Source of the DNA: Octopus bimaculoides
Lineage: Eukaryota
Assembly (NCBI RefSeq): GCF_001194135.2
Contig: NC_068981.1
Span: forward strand, 191,035,555 to 191,099,554
DNA length: 64,000 nt
Direction: 5' to 3'
In this document: piece by piece, positions 25,931-40,240 of the stretch
Numbering within the stretch: the first letter of the stretch is position 1
How the letters are laid out: each line of letters opens with the position of its first letter
The notes under the pieces: model-generated
What the model was told of the DNA's origin: nothing
Database searches by the model: none
What the model saw: the letters and a program-made list of their open reading frames with translations, nothing else
Position numbers and translations under genes: made by a program

Positions 25931-27402
25931 AGAGAACTATATATATAGTTGAAAAGTGGTTAAGAGTCCATACAAATCAAAAATTATAGTTAAAAAGGTA
26001 AATAAAGTTGGAAAAGGCATGGAAGTATATGGTTATGTAGATCCAACAGACTAAAAGAGGTATCAAAGGGGTGCATAGTCAAAGAATGGTGGTAAACCAC
26101 TGCTCTCGAATAAGCTATAAAACATTCTTCCCATGTTATTATAAAAAGAAAAAAACGCATTGAAGGTGGGCATTGGAGTCTGTGTCCTCCAAAATGACAA
26201 GATGGTCATGGTTGAATTCAAATCCTCCTGTAGACTACTTTACCTTTCATTCTTCTAGAATTGGTAAAAATGAAGCTGCAATGGAACACTGAGGTTACTT
26301 TAGTTCTGTAAAGCATTGTACACGTGAATGGAAGTCTAATAGAAGACTGAGATATTTATAGATTTGAAAATATGTTATACAATGGCATTAATAATTACCA
26401 TCTGTAGAATGCCAAACATTTATCATGAGTAATTGTTAAGGTTTGCATAGTTGCTTCCTTAGATTAAAAAAGTAATATGTCCTGTGAGTATATCCCCACT
26501 CCCTTCAGATTAACAAAAAAAGCATTCTTTGACATGAGCTTTTACAATAGCAGTTTTATGTGTATTTTAGTTGGGGTGTTTTTGTTTTGTTTTGTTTTTT
26601 TTCCTTTTCCATTCATTGGAATTCTTTCTTTGTAATTCTCTTTTAAAATTCGCTCCTTGTAATGTCTGAGTATTTTTCTAGTGCATCTCTACCCTTAATT
26701 TCCTTTCTTGTTAAATGCACCCTAACCTTCCCTAACAACTTTGATTTAATTACCTTATTGACAATGACTTAGTAAAGGCTTGTTTGGTAGAAAACCCGTT
26801 AAGCAACAGCAGCAGCAGCAGCCATCAAATTATCCCCACCATGATTGAAGAAAATAGAATAATACTGCTGTTGATGATGATGGTGGTAGCAGTGGCGGTG
26901 GAGGTGGCGGCAGTGGTGTTGACAGCAACAGTAGCTGTGTCATGTCAAAGCAAGGATTTGAAGAACGCCGTTATCTAGTTTCCGAGGAATAATTATTCAG
27001 TTCTTTTCTATTTTTCTTTTTCGTATGTAACCCCCTTAAATAATCCTTCTAACCCTCCATACCTACTTTAGTTGTCCCCTTTTCTTCACACACACACACC
27101 TATTAACTCACATTTCCACTCCCTCCCCTCCATGCCAACATAACTGGAATTCAATGTTCCTACTGCTTCTACTTTCACTTTTGCAAGTAACTGTTAATTC
27201 CTCCAATTCAATTAGTTTGTGTTTTATTTTCAAACATTTTTGGCAACAGTTAAACACAATTAAGGATGCTAAATCTATATGAAAATATTTTGGCTTCTTA
27301 ACAAATATTAATGACGTAGCAGTATTCTTGGTTACATTATCTTTATGATGTTTATTGATCTCTACCAATTAATAGTAGATTAATATTACTGTTAATTATC
27401 AA

Positions 27403-27615
27403 GGCGGCGAGCTGGCAGAACCGTTAGCACACTGGGAAAAATGATTAGCAGTATTTCCTCTGTCTTTACGTTCTGAGTTCAAATTTCACCAAAGTTGTCT
27501 TTGCCTTCGTCCTTTCAGAGTTGATAAAATAAATACTATTTGAGTATTGGGATCAAAATAATTGACTTAGCCCCTCCCCTCAAAAACTGCCAGCTTAGTG
27601 CCAAAATTTTAAATC
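27403..27615 (+). mobile_element. SINE family B with 17-bp TSD
   Basis: aatattactgttaatta at 27382-27398 and 27616-27632; head ggcggcgagctggcagaaccgttagc. Confidence 0.85.
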
Positions 27616-27664
27616 AATATTACTGTTAATTACAGAGTAGTCTTAACACTAACCTTATTAGTTT

Positions 27665-28000
27665 CGTCATCATCATCATGTAACATTCGCTTTTCCATGC
27701 TTCAAAGGATCAGACAAATTTTTTGAGGTAGATTTTCTACAGCTGGATACATTTCCTGTCACCAACCTTCCCCTGTTACCAAGCAAAGTAATATTTTCCC
27801 ATGGCTGAACATGTTTTCCATGGAAGACAGGAAATGAACAACATCACTTGTATCAATCATAGTGATGCTCACTTACAACCATCAGGTGATGTCAAGACAA
27901 GGTTACACACAAACATATATGCATACATACACATGATGGGTTTCTTTCAATTGCCATCTACCAAATCCACTCACAAGGCTTTGGCAGGCCTGGAGCTATA
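27665..28000 (-). mobile_element. SINE family D, head truncated
   Basis: catcatcatc...ttttccatgc...cacac...gggtttctttcaattgccatctaccaaatccactcacaagg. Confidence 0.65.
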
Positions 28001-28559
28001 GTATCCTATTATTATAGAGATATTATTATGTAGATAGTTTTATTTCTGATCTCATGCACATTCAATTTCTCTTTTAGCTGAAATGGTTTTGTAATTTCCT
28101 ATTAAACTGTATGTATCCTTCCTTTATTGCAGGCATGTTAGCTCACCTGACCACAAGGGAACGTTAATCTACCACAGTAAGTACCTTTTGTTTTGCTTTG
28201 CTTTTTTTTCTTTAACATATGTGAAAGTGCATGTCCTAGTGCTTACATCATTGCACTCACTCATTGCTGGATCATGGGTTCAATTTCCAGTTCGGGTGGT
28301 ATATTGTGTTCTTGGACAAAACACTTCGTTTCGTGTTGTTCCAGTTCACTCAGCTGCAGATGGACAACCTTACAACTGGCCAGTAGTCAGAATTTTGAAT
28401 ATTCCTTTTGTTTGTTAACGAACTCCTCTTGACAAGTTCGTAAAAAAATAAAAGCACTAATAAAGGATTATCCAAAATTCTGACTGCCTCCTTTTTCTCA
28501 ATATACAATATTTGTACACTACTTCAAACACTTTATACATATATACATTTTCAAAATGT

Positions 28560-28780
28560 AACCACATGTGAATCGTTGGCGATCTTTTTCCTCCATCTTC
28601 CTTTTCTCTTGGACTTTCTTTTGTCTTCTGTTTCTGAAGAAGAGCATTGCTCAAAACGTAAAACCTCCTTTCTTTCCTTCCCTGAGCGTCTGCTAATACT
28701 TTGCATGTACCACATCTTCACATTGTTTTTCTTGTGTTTGTTCTTGTTTTTCTTGTGTTTGTTCTTGTTTTGGGGATTTT
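28560..28780 (+). mobile_element. Penelope-like terminal fragment with hammerhead-like motif
   Basis: 28630-28664 GUUU-CUGAAGA-A-GAGC-auu-GCUC-(A)AAAC-GUA-AAAC; same family at 54985-55200 and 44715-45020. Confidence 0.6.
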
Positions 28781-30069
28781 ATATACATATATATTTATAT
28801 ATATATATATATATNNNNNNNNNNNNNNNNNNNNNNNNNNNNNNNNNNNNNNNNNNNNNNNNNNNNNNNNNNNNNNNNNNNNNNNNNNNNNNNNNNNNNN
28901 NNNNNNNNNNNNNNNNNNNNNNNNNNNNNNNNNNNNNNNNNNNNNNNNNNNNNNNNNNNNNNNNNNNNNNNNNNNNNNNNNNNNNNNNNNNNNNNNNNNN
29001 NNNNNNNNNNNNNNNNNNNNNNNNNNNNNNNNNNNNNNNNNNNNNNNNNNNNNNNNNNNNNNNNNNNNNNNNNNNNNNNNNNNNNNNNNNNNNNNNNNNN
29101 NNNNNNNNNNNNNNNNNNNNNNNNNNNNNNNNNNNNNNNNNNNNNNNNNNNNNNNNNNNNNNNNNNNNNNNNNNNNNNNNNNNNNNNNNNNNNNNNNNNN
29201 NNNNNNNNNNNNNNNNNNNNNNNNNNNNNNNNNNNNNNNNNNNNNNNNNNNNNNNNNNNNNNNNNNNNNNNNNNTTAAATAGCCGAGGGATTAAAATTAA
29301 TCAAAAAGGATATACTAAGTATGTCTATCTGCTTGAAATAACAGTCAAAACTCATTATTAAATCGCCAAAAATACACTGGTGATAACTACAGAAATCAAA
29401 CGAAGGCAAATTTGGTTAAGACAATCTACTTACATACATTTAAGTATTTGGATTATATGTGTGTGTGGGGGGGGGAGAAAAGGTAAGTTCAAAAATAACA
29501 ATTCAAACTTTTTTGGGGATCCAAAAAGAGAGAAAAGATGATTTCTAATAAGGATTCATCATATTCATGAAAATCACCCAAAACAGGTAATAAGAATATG
29601 AAAATAATATTTGAGGAGATTTGTTATAGGTATAAGAATATACCATAAACAAGTATTAAAAAATTTAGAAAAGATGTGGAAACAGAAATAGATTTATTAT
29701 AAAACTAGATTCAATGCATACGTATGTTTCCAAAAACAATGCAAAAATGTAAGAAAAAATTTAAATCATAGTGATTATAATTGAAAAGAAAAAATTAAAA
29801 TTAAGAATAAAAATGAAAATAAAATTTTAAAATTTTATTTATGCATTGTCATTCTCATCAGTGAGGAATCGTTTGAAGGACATCAAAAAAGTTTAATAAG
29901 ATGAAGTATAATGTGATAAAAATAAAATAAGATACAATAAGAGAGCACAGATGGAGCAATAAGGGGAAATCTGGTAATTTAGAAACCAAGTTGTGAACGG
30001 GAAAAATAATGATATCAACAATAATAATGGTGAGAGAGACGAAAAAGAAAAAGAAAAATAGAGAGAGAG

Positions 30070-30119
<50 letters not shown>

Positions 30120-30742
30120 GATGAGCTTCTTCCAGTTGCAGTCTACCAAATCCACTTAGTCAAGGTTTATTATTGGGTTTATTATTGTTCTTGTCAGTCT
30201 AAAGACTATGGTAAAAAACCAGTTGCCCAAGGTGCCATGCAGTAGGACTGAACCTTGAACCATGTGGTTGCAAAGCAAACTTTTTACACAGCCACAACTA
30301 GGTCGGTTTTATATCCATAGAATATTTGTGTTTTTTTACATTTTTCTCTTTAATGAATTGCTCAGCTTTTATTAAGAGTAAAACATTGCTTTTGGAGGTG
30401 AATGACATCATAATATATTTAATCCATTTAAGAAGTTTTATGTGCACACTACTATAGTCTTCTGTATATTAATTGTCTAGCTGGAAACTTATAGTTCTTG
30501 CTTGTATCCATTGAATAAATTATCTAGTGAGGTGGTGGGGGTGAAAAAGAAGCCACAGATTTGGTTAACTGTCATTCCAGGAGGAAGATGGAAAAAAAAA
30601 TATATGAAAATAAAGCAGAGAAAACCAAATGAAATTACTGTCAGACAGTATTACATCTGTGTGTAGTTACTTGTGTTCTGATTGAATGTGTGTGTATGTG
30701 TGTGTGTGAATATATGTATATGCATGTCTGTATGTGTGTGTG

Positions 30743-30784
<42 letters not shown>

Positions 30785-30930
30785 CACACATATACATATA
30801 TATACACAATATATATATATGTGTGTATATATATAGATATGTGTATGTATATATATGTGTGTATGTATGTGTATATATATATATGTATACATATATATAT
30901 ATATATACACACATATACATATCTATATAT

Positions 30931-30969
<39 letters not shown>

Positions 30970-31044
30970 CACACACACATATATATATATANNNNNNNNN
31001 NGTTAAACGATGATGATGATATATAAATATACATTCATATATAC

Positions 31045-31217
31045 CTCATCACACAAAAATGATAGGTACTCAATGGCTGTAGTACCATGACAAATGGCAG
31101 CCTTTTTTTGTTTGTTTTGTTTGTATAGATGTCAGCATTGAAAGACTGGCAGTTTGTAAACATTTGTAGCATTAATTGGGCTATGGAACATTTCGTTGGT
31201 AACTTGATTGTGGCAGA
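31045..31217 (-). CDS. Candidate coding exon
   Basis: Strong acceptor tttctcaacatgtttctctgcctacag|, donor gag|gtatat; single open frame SATIKLPTKC...RLPFVMVLQPLSTYHFCVM. A competing plus-strand candidate (31129-31198) overlaps it. Confidence 0.35.
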
Positions 31218-31799
31218 CTGTAGGCAGAGAAACATGTTGAGAAAGACAGACAAAAAAAAATTACTATCTCAGCAATGAAGCCAAATTTTATGAACATATT
31301 TTACCACAGAGGAAATACATTTATATTAAACCAATTTAGTTAAAAAGAGCAACTCTGTCTTAAGAAGTTTCTAATGGAAAATACCAAGTCTGCTTATTTT
31401 GAAATAAGTACATTATTTTCCACTAGCAAGATTATCTATTTGATATTGTTATTGGGTTTATTATTGTTCTTGTTATTTTTGTTATTTTGTTGTTGTTATT
31501 CAATATAAAAAGAAAACAGCAAAAATATGTGTAAGAAATAAACGAACATTTCCAAGATATTCTCCAATACTAAAACCAAATTTATTGGCAGCAGTTACAA
31601 CAAATATGTGTTTGACATAGGTGTTATATAGCTTTGATTTAAAGAATAACACATTTTCTGTACTAACACAAAAAAAAAAAACGAAAGAAAAACATTTTCT
31701 GGTTTATATTAAAGAAAAGCAGATGCTCGTAAATCACTTCCTACACAACAATGGAACTGTAAAGTTTTAAGACAATTCAGTGAAATAAGAAATTATTAC

Positions 31800-32050
31800 T
31801 ATCCTCATCATTATTTTAACATCCATTTTTCCTTGCTTGCAAGGGTCAGACAGAATTTTGTTGAGGTGGATTTTCTATGGCCAGTTGCCCTTCCTAACAC
31901 CAACCCTCACCTACATCTAAATAAAGTAATGTTTCCTCTGGCCACACACATTTCAACAAATACTGGAAACTAAGGACAGCACTTGTGTAATGGTAACGCT
32001 TGCTCACAATTATCATGTGGTGTCAGAGTAAGGAGAGAGTAACACATACA

Positions 32051-32096
<46 letters not shown>

Positions 32097-32228
32097 ATGG
32101 CTTCTTTCAGGGCTTTGGTATGCCTGAGGCTATAGAAGATACTTGCCTGAGGTACCATGCTGTAGGGCTGAACCTGAGACCATGTGGTTGGAAAGCAAAC
32201 TTCTCACCACACAGCTGTGCTTGTGCTT
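31800..32228 (-). mobile_element. SINE family D, full length
   Basis: RTE tail + (CA)n + core + tRNA-like head. Confidence 0.7.
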
Positions 32229-32885
32229 ATAGGTGTACCTACATTTATGTGTTCAAGTACTATTAGAATAATTATCATAATTTTAACATCTACTCTTCCA
32301 TACTTCTATGAATCTGACAAGGCTTACAACAGGACAGAGTTTTCTATGATCGGATAACATTCTTGACAGCAGCATTCTCTTGTTTCCAGACAGGGCAAAA
32401 CTCCCCAAGTCTATCAAACAAACAACATAATTACAAGCAGGGCAAACCATACTGTATGAATGTACCTCTGTTTATAAAGACCATGCAACTTGTGAAGAAG
32501 CCCAGACATGCAGAAACATATTTGTGCTTCTTGACTGCAATGTGGAGTGAAATCATACTACATTGCCTGTATGAACAGTGATAATTTTGTTTACAATCAG
32601 TAAGCACACACGGAGATGAGAGGAAAGTCTAAACACATTCACACAAAGATACACTTGCACACTCATGCACACACATATACACTTACACACACACATATAC
32701 ACTTACACACACACATATGCAATAGGATTCCTAAGATTCCATTTGACAGTTTCACTGAGTGGGTATAGATTGATCTGCAGCTATAGTGTAGGAGGCCAGC
32801 CAACTATGTCCCCGCGGTGACACCAAGTGCCTAATCATGTGGTTCGAGGGTGAAGTTCTTAACCACACACCCATGCCTGTGCGTA

Positions 32886-33203
32886 ATTATCATCATCATC
32901 ATCATTACTATTTAACATCCATTTCCATACTAGCATGGGTTGGACAGTTTGATAAAATTTGGTAAGCCGTGAAAAAACATTCGAGCGAGGTCATTGCCAA
33001 TGCCACTGGACTGGTTCCTGTGCATGTGGCACATAAAAAACACCATTTTGAGTGTGGCTGTTGCCAGTACCGCCTGACTGGCCCTCGTGCCGGTGGCATG
33101 TAAAAGCACCCACTACACTCTTGGAGTGGTTGGCGTTAGGAAGGGCATCCAGCTGTAGAAACTCTGCCAAATCAGATTGGAGCCTGGTGCAGCCATCCGG
33201 TTC
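32886..33203. mobile_element. RTE-tail copy with inverted 5' part
   Basis: Tail on minus at 32886-32965, body on plus at about 32975-33203 ending where the tail segment begins. Confidence 0.7.
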
Positions 33204-34479
33204 AACACCAACCATTATAAGTAACTATAAATGTAAACACACACCCAGACACACAATGAGTGCTTTTCAGTTTCCATCTGCCAAATGCACTCGCAAGGCT
33301 TTGGATTGGACCACAGTTGAAAACAATTGTCCAATGCACCACAGAGTGGCATTGCTAAGGGAACCCTTCTCCCTATAATCTACTTCAATGCCTCCCTATC
33401 ATATTTACAGCACTTTAAAATATGTTTTAAGGAAATTTCACGTTAATGGAAATTGTAATCTTTGTGTTTTTTTCTGTTGAGTTTGAAGACAAACTCCAGA
33501 AACTCTTGGTGAGCATTGAAACATATGTGAATATATTCTCAATATTAAACTTAAAATAATATTTTATCTTTTATTTCCTTGGTATATTTGATGTCATATT
33601 AGCATAGAAAACATAAATCTTCCTACATATTAATTTTCAGACATATTTCTCATTCATACATGGTGCAGCATTGTATCAAAACAATGTGTGGGTGTGTAGT
33701 GGGGAGAGAGAGTTGAAATGCTTGCTGTGAATATTTCATCGTATTGTGCCCATTCATCAAGAAATATATTATTATTTTACTGCAAGTGCACAACGAAATA
33801 CACTTGCCTAGATAGATATAAAATATTCATCACCTTAAATATACATATATTTAGGTATAAAACATTTATTTAACCTTTTAAAATAGAGCTGACTCTGTAT
33901 AAAGACGAGATGATAAAATTAATGCAACTTCCATAGCAGGAAAATAGAGACTCTACACTGTAAAACTGCTGAGATATATTTGAAAGATAATAAAGAAGAA
34001 TTAGTCATGAATAAAAGGTTATTTTTTTATGTAAATGTATTTGTTATTTAATCATAAATTTCTCCCTTCAGAAATGATCTATATGCTGTTGTATAACCCC
34101 AGGTCAGTTCTGATTTGAGCAAGCAGACTTTAAAGTATCTCTGTTCATATCTGCACCAGTTTCCCATCATGTTGCTTACTTTCTGCTTTTGAAAACTCTA
34201 AGTGTTTTGGTGCTTGGATTAAATATGACTAGTTCTTCATTTATACTTTTTTTTTATCTTCCATTCATGTTGACAAAAAATACATTCCAACAATCTGCAA
34301 GGAAATGGTAACATGATCTGAAGAAAGCAACTGAAGTAGGATTAAGTTCCTCATTGAGACATATTTAATAACTAATACTCTTATGTTCTTTTACTGGTTT
34401 CAGCCGTTGGACTGTGGCCATAATGAAGCACCACCCTTCAAAAGCTTTGTCAATTATACCAACCCCTTACCTCATATTT

Positions 34480-34800
34480 AGTGAAGACACATAGCTCAGT
34501 GGTTAGAGCGTCAGGCTTACAATGAGGCCATGAGTTTGATACCCAGATTAGACTGTGTTGTGTTCTCGATCAACACATTTTATTTCGTATTACACCAGTT
34601 CACTCATCTGTAGAAACGAATTACAATGTCACTGGTGCCAAGCTGTATGGCCTTTGCCTTCCCCTTGGACAATAATGGGAGGCTGGCATGCATGGGCAAC
34701 AGCTGGCTTTCGGTAAACAGCCTTACCCAGATTTTTGCCTTGGGTGGGAACTTTATAGGTGCAGTCCCATGGTCATTCATGATCAAAGGGGGCTTCTTCA
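34480..34800 (+). mobile_element. tRNA-headed SINE, separate family
   Basis: tagctcagtggttagagcgtcaggcttacaat head; related fragment at about 28240-28400. Confidence 0.55.
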
Positions 34801-34819
34801 ATTATATACACACACACAC

Positions 34820-35058
34820 AGTGCCCCCTGATTGGCTCCCATGCCAGTGGCACATAAAAAGCACCATCTGGATGTGGTTGATGCCAGTGCCACTTGATTG
34901 ACTCCCATGCTGGTGGCACATAAAGGGCACCCAGCAGTAGAAACCTTGCCAGATCAGACTGGAGCCTGGTGCAGCTTCCTGGCTTGCCAGTCCTCAGTCA
35001 AACCGTTCGACCCATGCCAGCATGGAAAGCGGATGTTAAACGATGATGATGATCATCA
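34820..35058 (+). mobile_element. RTE-tail copy with 2 internal units
   Basis: Family body and (GAT)n tail. Confidence 0.75.
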
Positions 35059-36529
35059 TCATTACACACACACACACACACACATACACACACGTTCACT
35101 TTTTCGATAGTATTTCCTAAGGAAACATTTAGCCACTTCTCACTCTCTTCAAACTGTTATATAACCTTTCTATCATTACTAGAGCGCTGATTAAATTGCT
35201 TCAAGTGAAGAGTCAATATGTCATTGAATTATTGCCTCAAAAGTTTTGAATTGAAATCCATTGCAGATCATTTCTTGTGTATCGAGGGCAATGTACTTGG
35301 TTCTGCATTACTTCAGTTTAGTGTTACTGTGGAGAAAAAGAAATTAAAACATAGTAGAATCCTATCTCGAGGAGCGTTTATCTCTTATCAATTTAAACAC
35401 CATCAGACTAAAGTGATTTACAGTTTACTGCTTTTGCTGGATGAAATAATGAAAGTTTATTTGAAACTAATTCGTTAGAATAATCTGTTGCCTTTTGAAA
35501 TTACATATGTTCATTTACTACATTCAAAGTGTTGTTCGTCCAACTTTCACTCGGCTGACATATCACTACTCTGGTGTCTTATAATCAGACGGTTCCTATC
35601 TACATACATTACTTTTATCACAAAATTTAATTAAAGTAAATGACTTAGCACTCAGTAGTTTTTATTAGTTTCACACACAATCACCTCGGGTTTCTTCTTT
35701 CAAGTTTCGACTTCATTCCGCTGTTGTTAGATTGATTTTGCGATAGGCATCAATATTGCACAAAGTGCATTACCCTGCATTTACCCCGCAATGCAAAATG
35801 AGCCAAATTAAACTAAATTAAATTTATTCTTATCAAATGTAGGAGAAATTAGTTGTTTTTGCTTTCCATTGTCTGTTATAATAGCTAGGGTGATTTATTG
35901 GAGGCCTTTTCAAATCTACCCATGTTAAAGTGAATTTTACTGATTTCATTGAATGACTCTATTAGCAAAATTAATCTAATTAATAGTCAGAACTCTCAGT
36001 AAGTTGTTCATTCCTCTAGAAAGGAAATTTTAATGATGTTGAATAATATCAATTAGAATTCACCTCACTAACTAATAGCACATGGTAACTAATTACTGAA
36101 GTATCACTGAATATACCAGCATTTTTCAATATGTCTGTTTTATCTCTTTCTACTTCAGGGTTGAACCTTACCTGTTTTTTACTTTCTCAAAACATGAAAA
36201 TTCATCATCATCATCATTGTTGTTGTTGTCATCATCTAATGTCTGTTCTCCATACTGGCATGGGTTGGACAGCTTGACTATAGCTGGCAAACCAGAGAGC
36301 TGTACCAGCCTTTATTTCTCTGTTTTGGATTGGTTTCTATAGCTGGATGCCTTTCCTAATGCCAACCACTGGGTGCTTTTTATGTGTGCACCAGTGCTTT
36401 ATACATGGTACCAGCATGGGTGTCTTTTACATGGCACCAGTACTAGTGTTTTTGCTTACGTGGTACCAGCATGGGTATTTTGGTATATCAGAATATGACC
36501 TGAAAATTATTATTATTTATCCTCTCTTT

Positions 36530-36740
36530 AAGGTGGTGAGCTGGCAGAAATATTAGCACACCGGGCAAAATACTTATCTGTTTTTACATTCTGAGTTCAA
36601 ATTCCACCGATGTTATCTTTGTTTTCATCCTTATGGGGGGGTGGATAAATTAAGTACCAGTTGTGTACTGGAGTCAATCTAATCGACTGACCCCCACCCT
36701 CCCAAAATTTTGGGCCTTGTTCCTAGAGTAGAAAAGATTA
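36530..36740 (+). mobile_element. SINE family B
   Basis: Family head and tail. Confidence 0.7.
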
Positions 36741-37254
36741 TTTAACCTCCCCACCCACTGCTACTGCAAGTTAATATTATTTTTCATCCTTATATTTAAT
36801 TTTTAATTTCCTGTTGACCTGCCACAAATAGCAGTCAAGTTCTCCTCGATCCACATCCCACCATCTGAAATAACTAAGGACTCATTGGCTAAACATAAAT
36901 AGGTCTGCCATATCACAGCTGACCAGGGCTAAACAAAAATATTGTCATTTGAATGTAAGAGTGGAACATTTATTTTTACATCCATTTTTCAATGTTTGCA
37001 TGGGTTACACAGATGTCGTATTGGGGCATTGTTTTATAGACAGATGCCCTTCCTGTCGCTAGCCCTTACTGATTTTCTTACAAGGGATCTCTTAATTTAT
37101 GTCTTCAAAGGCATGAAGTGAGCAGGCAATTTGCTGAAGTCTCAACAAAACCAGTCGCTGCAAGCAACTTTTGCAGACTGCAAATGTAAACTCACACACA
37201 CATATGTGTAGGTATTTGTATACAGTGAATGGTTGAAAAGGACTTTGATTGACC

Positions 37255-37483
37255 ATAGCCACCTGACTGGCCCCTGTGCTGGTGGCATGTAAAAAGCACC
37301 CACTTCACTCTTGGAGTGGTTGGTGTTAGGAAAGGCTCCCAGCTGTAGAAACTTTGCCAGATCAGATTGGAGCTTGGCGCAGCCTCCCAGCTTGCCAGTC
37401 CTCAGTCAAGCCATCCAACCCATGCCAGCATGGAAAGTGGACGTTAAAAGATGATGATGGTGATGGTGATGATGATGATGATG
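37255..37483 (+). mobile_element. RTE-tail copy
   Basis: Family body, (GAT/GGT)n tail. Confidence 0.8.
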
Positions 37484-38019
37484 CAATCAATAACTGAGCA
37501 CTTTTACCTAACAGCTATCTTAGGAAATTGTTATTTGCAAAGGGTTTCTTGACAATGAAAGTGAAACTAATTAAAAAAGTTTCAGTCATTTCAGCTAATT
37601 TTCCTTTTGTTCATTATCAATTTAGATGGACAAATTCCAGCATAAAAGCAGATCCTTTTGCAATCTGCTTTGAAAAGAAATAAACCTGTTTTTGATTTAC
37701 AAAATCATCAAAAAAAAAACTAGATGAAAGGTGGAAGAAGCCAGAAGAAATGGTAAAATTTAATCTGTTGAAATTAAGATAAAATTTTATTTTAAAACTT
37801 TGCTAAATGAAATGTTTAAATAGGAGGGAAAAGGCAAAAACACAGCCGAGTAGTTTGAAAAAAAAAACAAGGAATTTTAATTGTTTGCTCTTTATTTCCA
37901 ACTTGTAGTATGAATTAGATAAGAATAAATAAAACTGTGTTGGTGGAAACTGGTTTTTAATGAAAATTTCATAATTACTTTATAAAGTTAAATGAATTAT
38001 TAATTTGCCTTTGTCTGTC

Positions 38020-38400
38020 TTTTACTTGCCTTCAGTCATTGGACTGTGGCCATTCTGGGACACCAGCTTGAAGAATTTTTTGTTGCATGTATCAACACCT
38101 GTACTTATTTATTTGTTAAGCCTGGTGCTTATTCTATCAGTCTATTTTACCAATCTGCTAAGTTATGGAGATGTAAACAAACCAACACCGGTTGTCAAGT
38201 GGTGTTGGGCAACAAACACAGACACACACACACATATATACACTGGGTTTCTTTCAGTTTCCATCTACTAAATCCAATCACAAGACTTCAGTCAGCCTGA
38301 GGCTATAGAAGACACTTGCCCAAGGTGTCACACAGTGGGACTGAACCTGGAACTGTGTAGTTAGGAAGTAAACTTGTTACCACACAGCCACACCTGCACC
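38020..38400 (-). mobile_element. SINE family A, full length
   Basis: Matches 22003-22410. Confidence 0.75.
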
Positions 38401-39658
38401 AAAATTTTAATTTTAATTTAAATATTAATAAGTATACATGGTTTAAAGAAAAAAAGAAAAATATAATTACTTTATGTGTAATTGTATTTATAAATAACTT
38501 ATGTTGAAATAACAAACGAATAATGAGTACTTTCTGTTGGATCGCTATGTCTTCTCATGAGAAATGTGGAGAAAAACTCGTTTAGCAATTTAATTCAAGT
38601 GGGTTTACAAATTAAAATTCTAAGATACAAATCTTGATTATTGAGTAGGAAAAGAATTGGTACTTATAAATGAAGAATATTTCCTTGTCTCGCACATAAA
38701 TATATTTCAATATCTAGTCTTTTCTGGTACTTAATCTGTCTGAGAACTATGTCTATATCACTATCAGAGTTTTATTTCTATTCTCAATATCACCATTACT
38801 AAGTGCAACATTTCTTTGCAATTGCACAAATACTTTCTTCCAATAATTCCTGTATTTTATCTTCCTTCTCTTTCAACTCAGAACGAGATCTAAAATTTCC
38901 AGTAGATTATTTCTTAAAGTGACCATCATGCTATTTTTCATCTTATAATTATCTTGCTTCCATCAAACCAAGCTCCACAACAATACAACTATGAAGAATT
39001 TTCTCTTACAAGTCCTTTCATGACTTTCATAATATATACCATTTCATGCTTCTTCTCTTTTTGATATTCATGGCTTTTTTCTTTTTAATATTTTTTTATA
39101 GTAGAGTAATAGTTTTCCTTAGTACCATTTATCATTAAAAATGGCTTTTGTAGTGCTCAGCTGTCTTTGAGACTGTGACTTCTTCCCCTGGTCATTTATT
39201 TCTTTCTTACTATTTTTCCTTCAATCTCTATTTACCTGTCTTTTCAAATGCTAAATACTGCAAGGATAATAATTGTTAAGATTACTTTTCCTGCATTCAA
39301 AATTTTCAGTCTGAACTTCAGCAATCAAACAATTAACCCTTGGCTCATTAGTATGCATTGTTCACAAATACATATTCAAACAGTTGTTTGGCTTTATAAA
39401 TTTTGTGTCATCACTGGTAAATACATTTGTATCTCAGAAATTCAAAAGATTCAAACTTATTTCTTCTTTCTTTTTGATTTGATTTTACCAGATATTTCCC
39501 TATAATATTATGAAATCTCCTGGCAGGCTTATCATATCATTGTCATTTGTTATCTAAGCTCCTCTCACTAGGGTTCCATAAAACTGGCCCCTCTAATCAT
39601 CTGCTAATAATGTTTACAGGATGTGGGTCACATTTCTTGTTTGGTTGACATTTAATCC

Positions 39659-39864
39659 TTAATCCTTTTAATACCGACCTATCTGAGGTCACCCTTTGTT
39701 CTATGATACAAATTTCCTGTTTTAAAATTATCTAAATTAAAACCTAGCATCAGAAACACCAATTTAATTATAACAAACTTATTTTACTAAGCTGTTCATA
39801 ATTCTTAAAATTAACTGAAACAAAAGCAGTGCATTTCTACAGGAACATGGTAAGGAAAGGTTAA
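39659..39864. mobile_element. TTAA-flanked MITE, second family
   Basis: ttaatcctttt ... aaaggttaa; inverted related copy at about 59440-59670. Confidence 0.5.
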
Positions 39865-40190
39865 GTCAGCCACCTCCAACTGGGATTATGGTTCATGATC
39901 AAGTCTTTAAATAATGTTATGAACATCCCTGTAGGAAGTTTAGCTGCTATATCAGAAAGTTGAGGAAAATTTATAGACGTTCAACGTGATGACACTATGT
40001 CACACACTGCAACACTAACATCAACAACAAACACTGCATTTAAATTAATTGAAAAATGCTTAAACCCAAAATGTCTTGTATATATATCTGTCATTTAAGA
40101 CATTGTCAATTTTAAAATTCTCTTGAACTATAGTCTTTAGTTTCTGTCCTCACTAAACACCTCTCTCTCTCTCTCTCTCTNNNNNNNNNN

Positions 40191-40240
<50 letters not shown>

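Noticed and set aside
29275-29870. Degraded LINE ORF
   Set aside because: Purine-rich and suggestive, but no diagnostic motif could be read.
28133-33507. Plus-strand exon candidates (28133-28176, 31129-31198, about 33432-33507)
   Set aside because: Good-looking splice sites but not phase-consistent with each other, and one overlaps a minus candidate; purine-rich minus DNA creates false plus acceptors. Not excluded.
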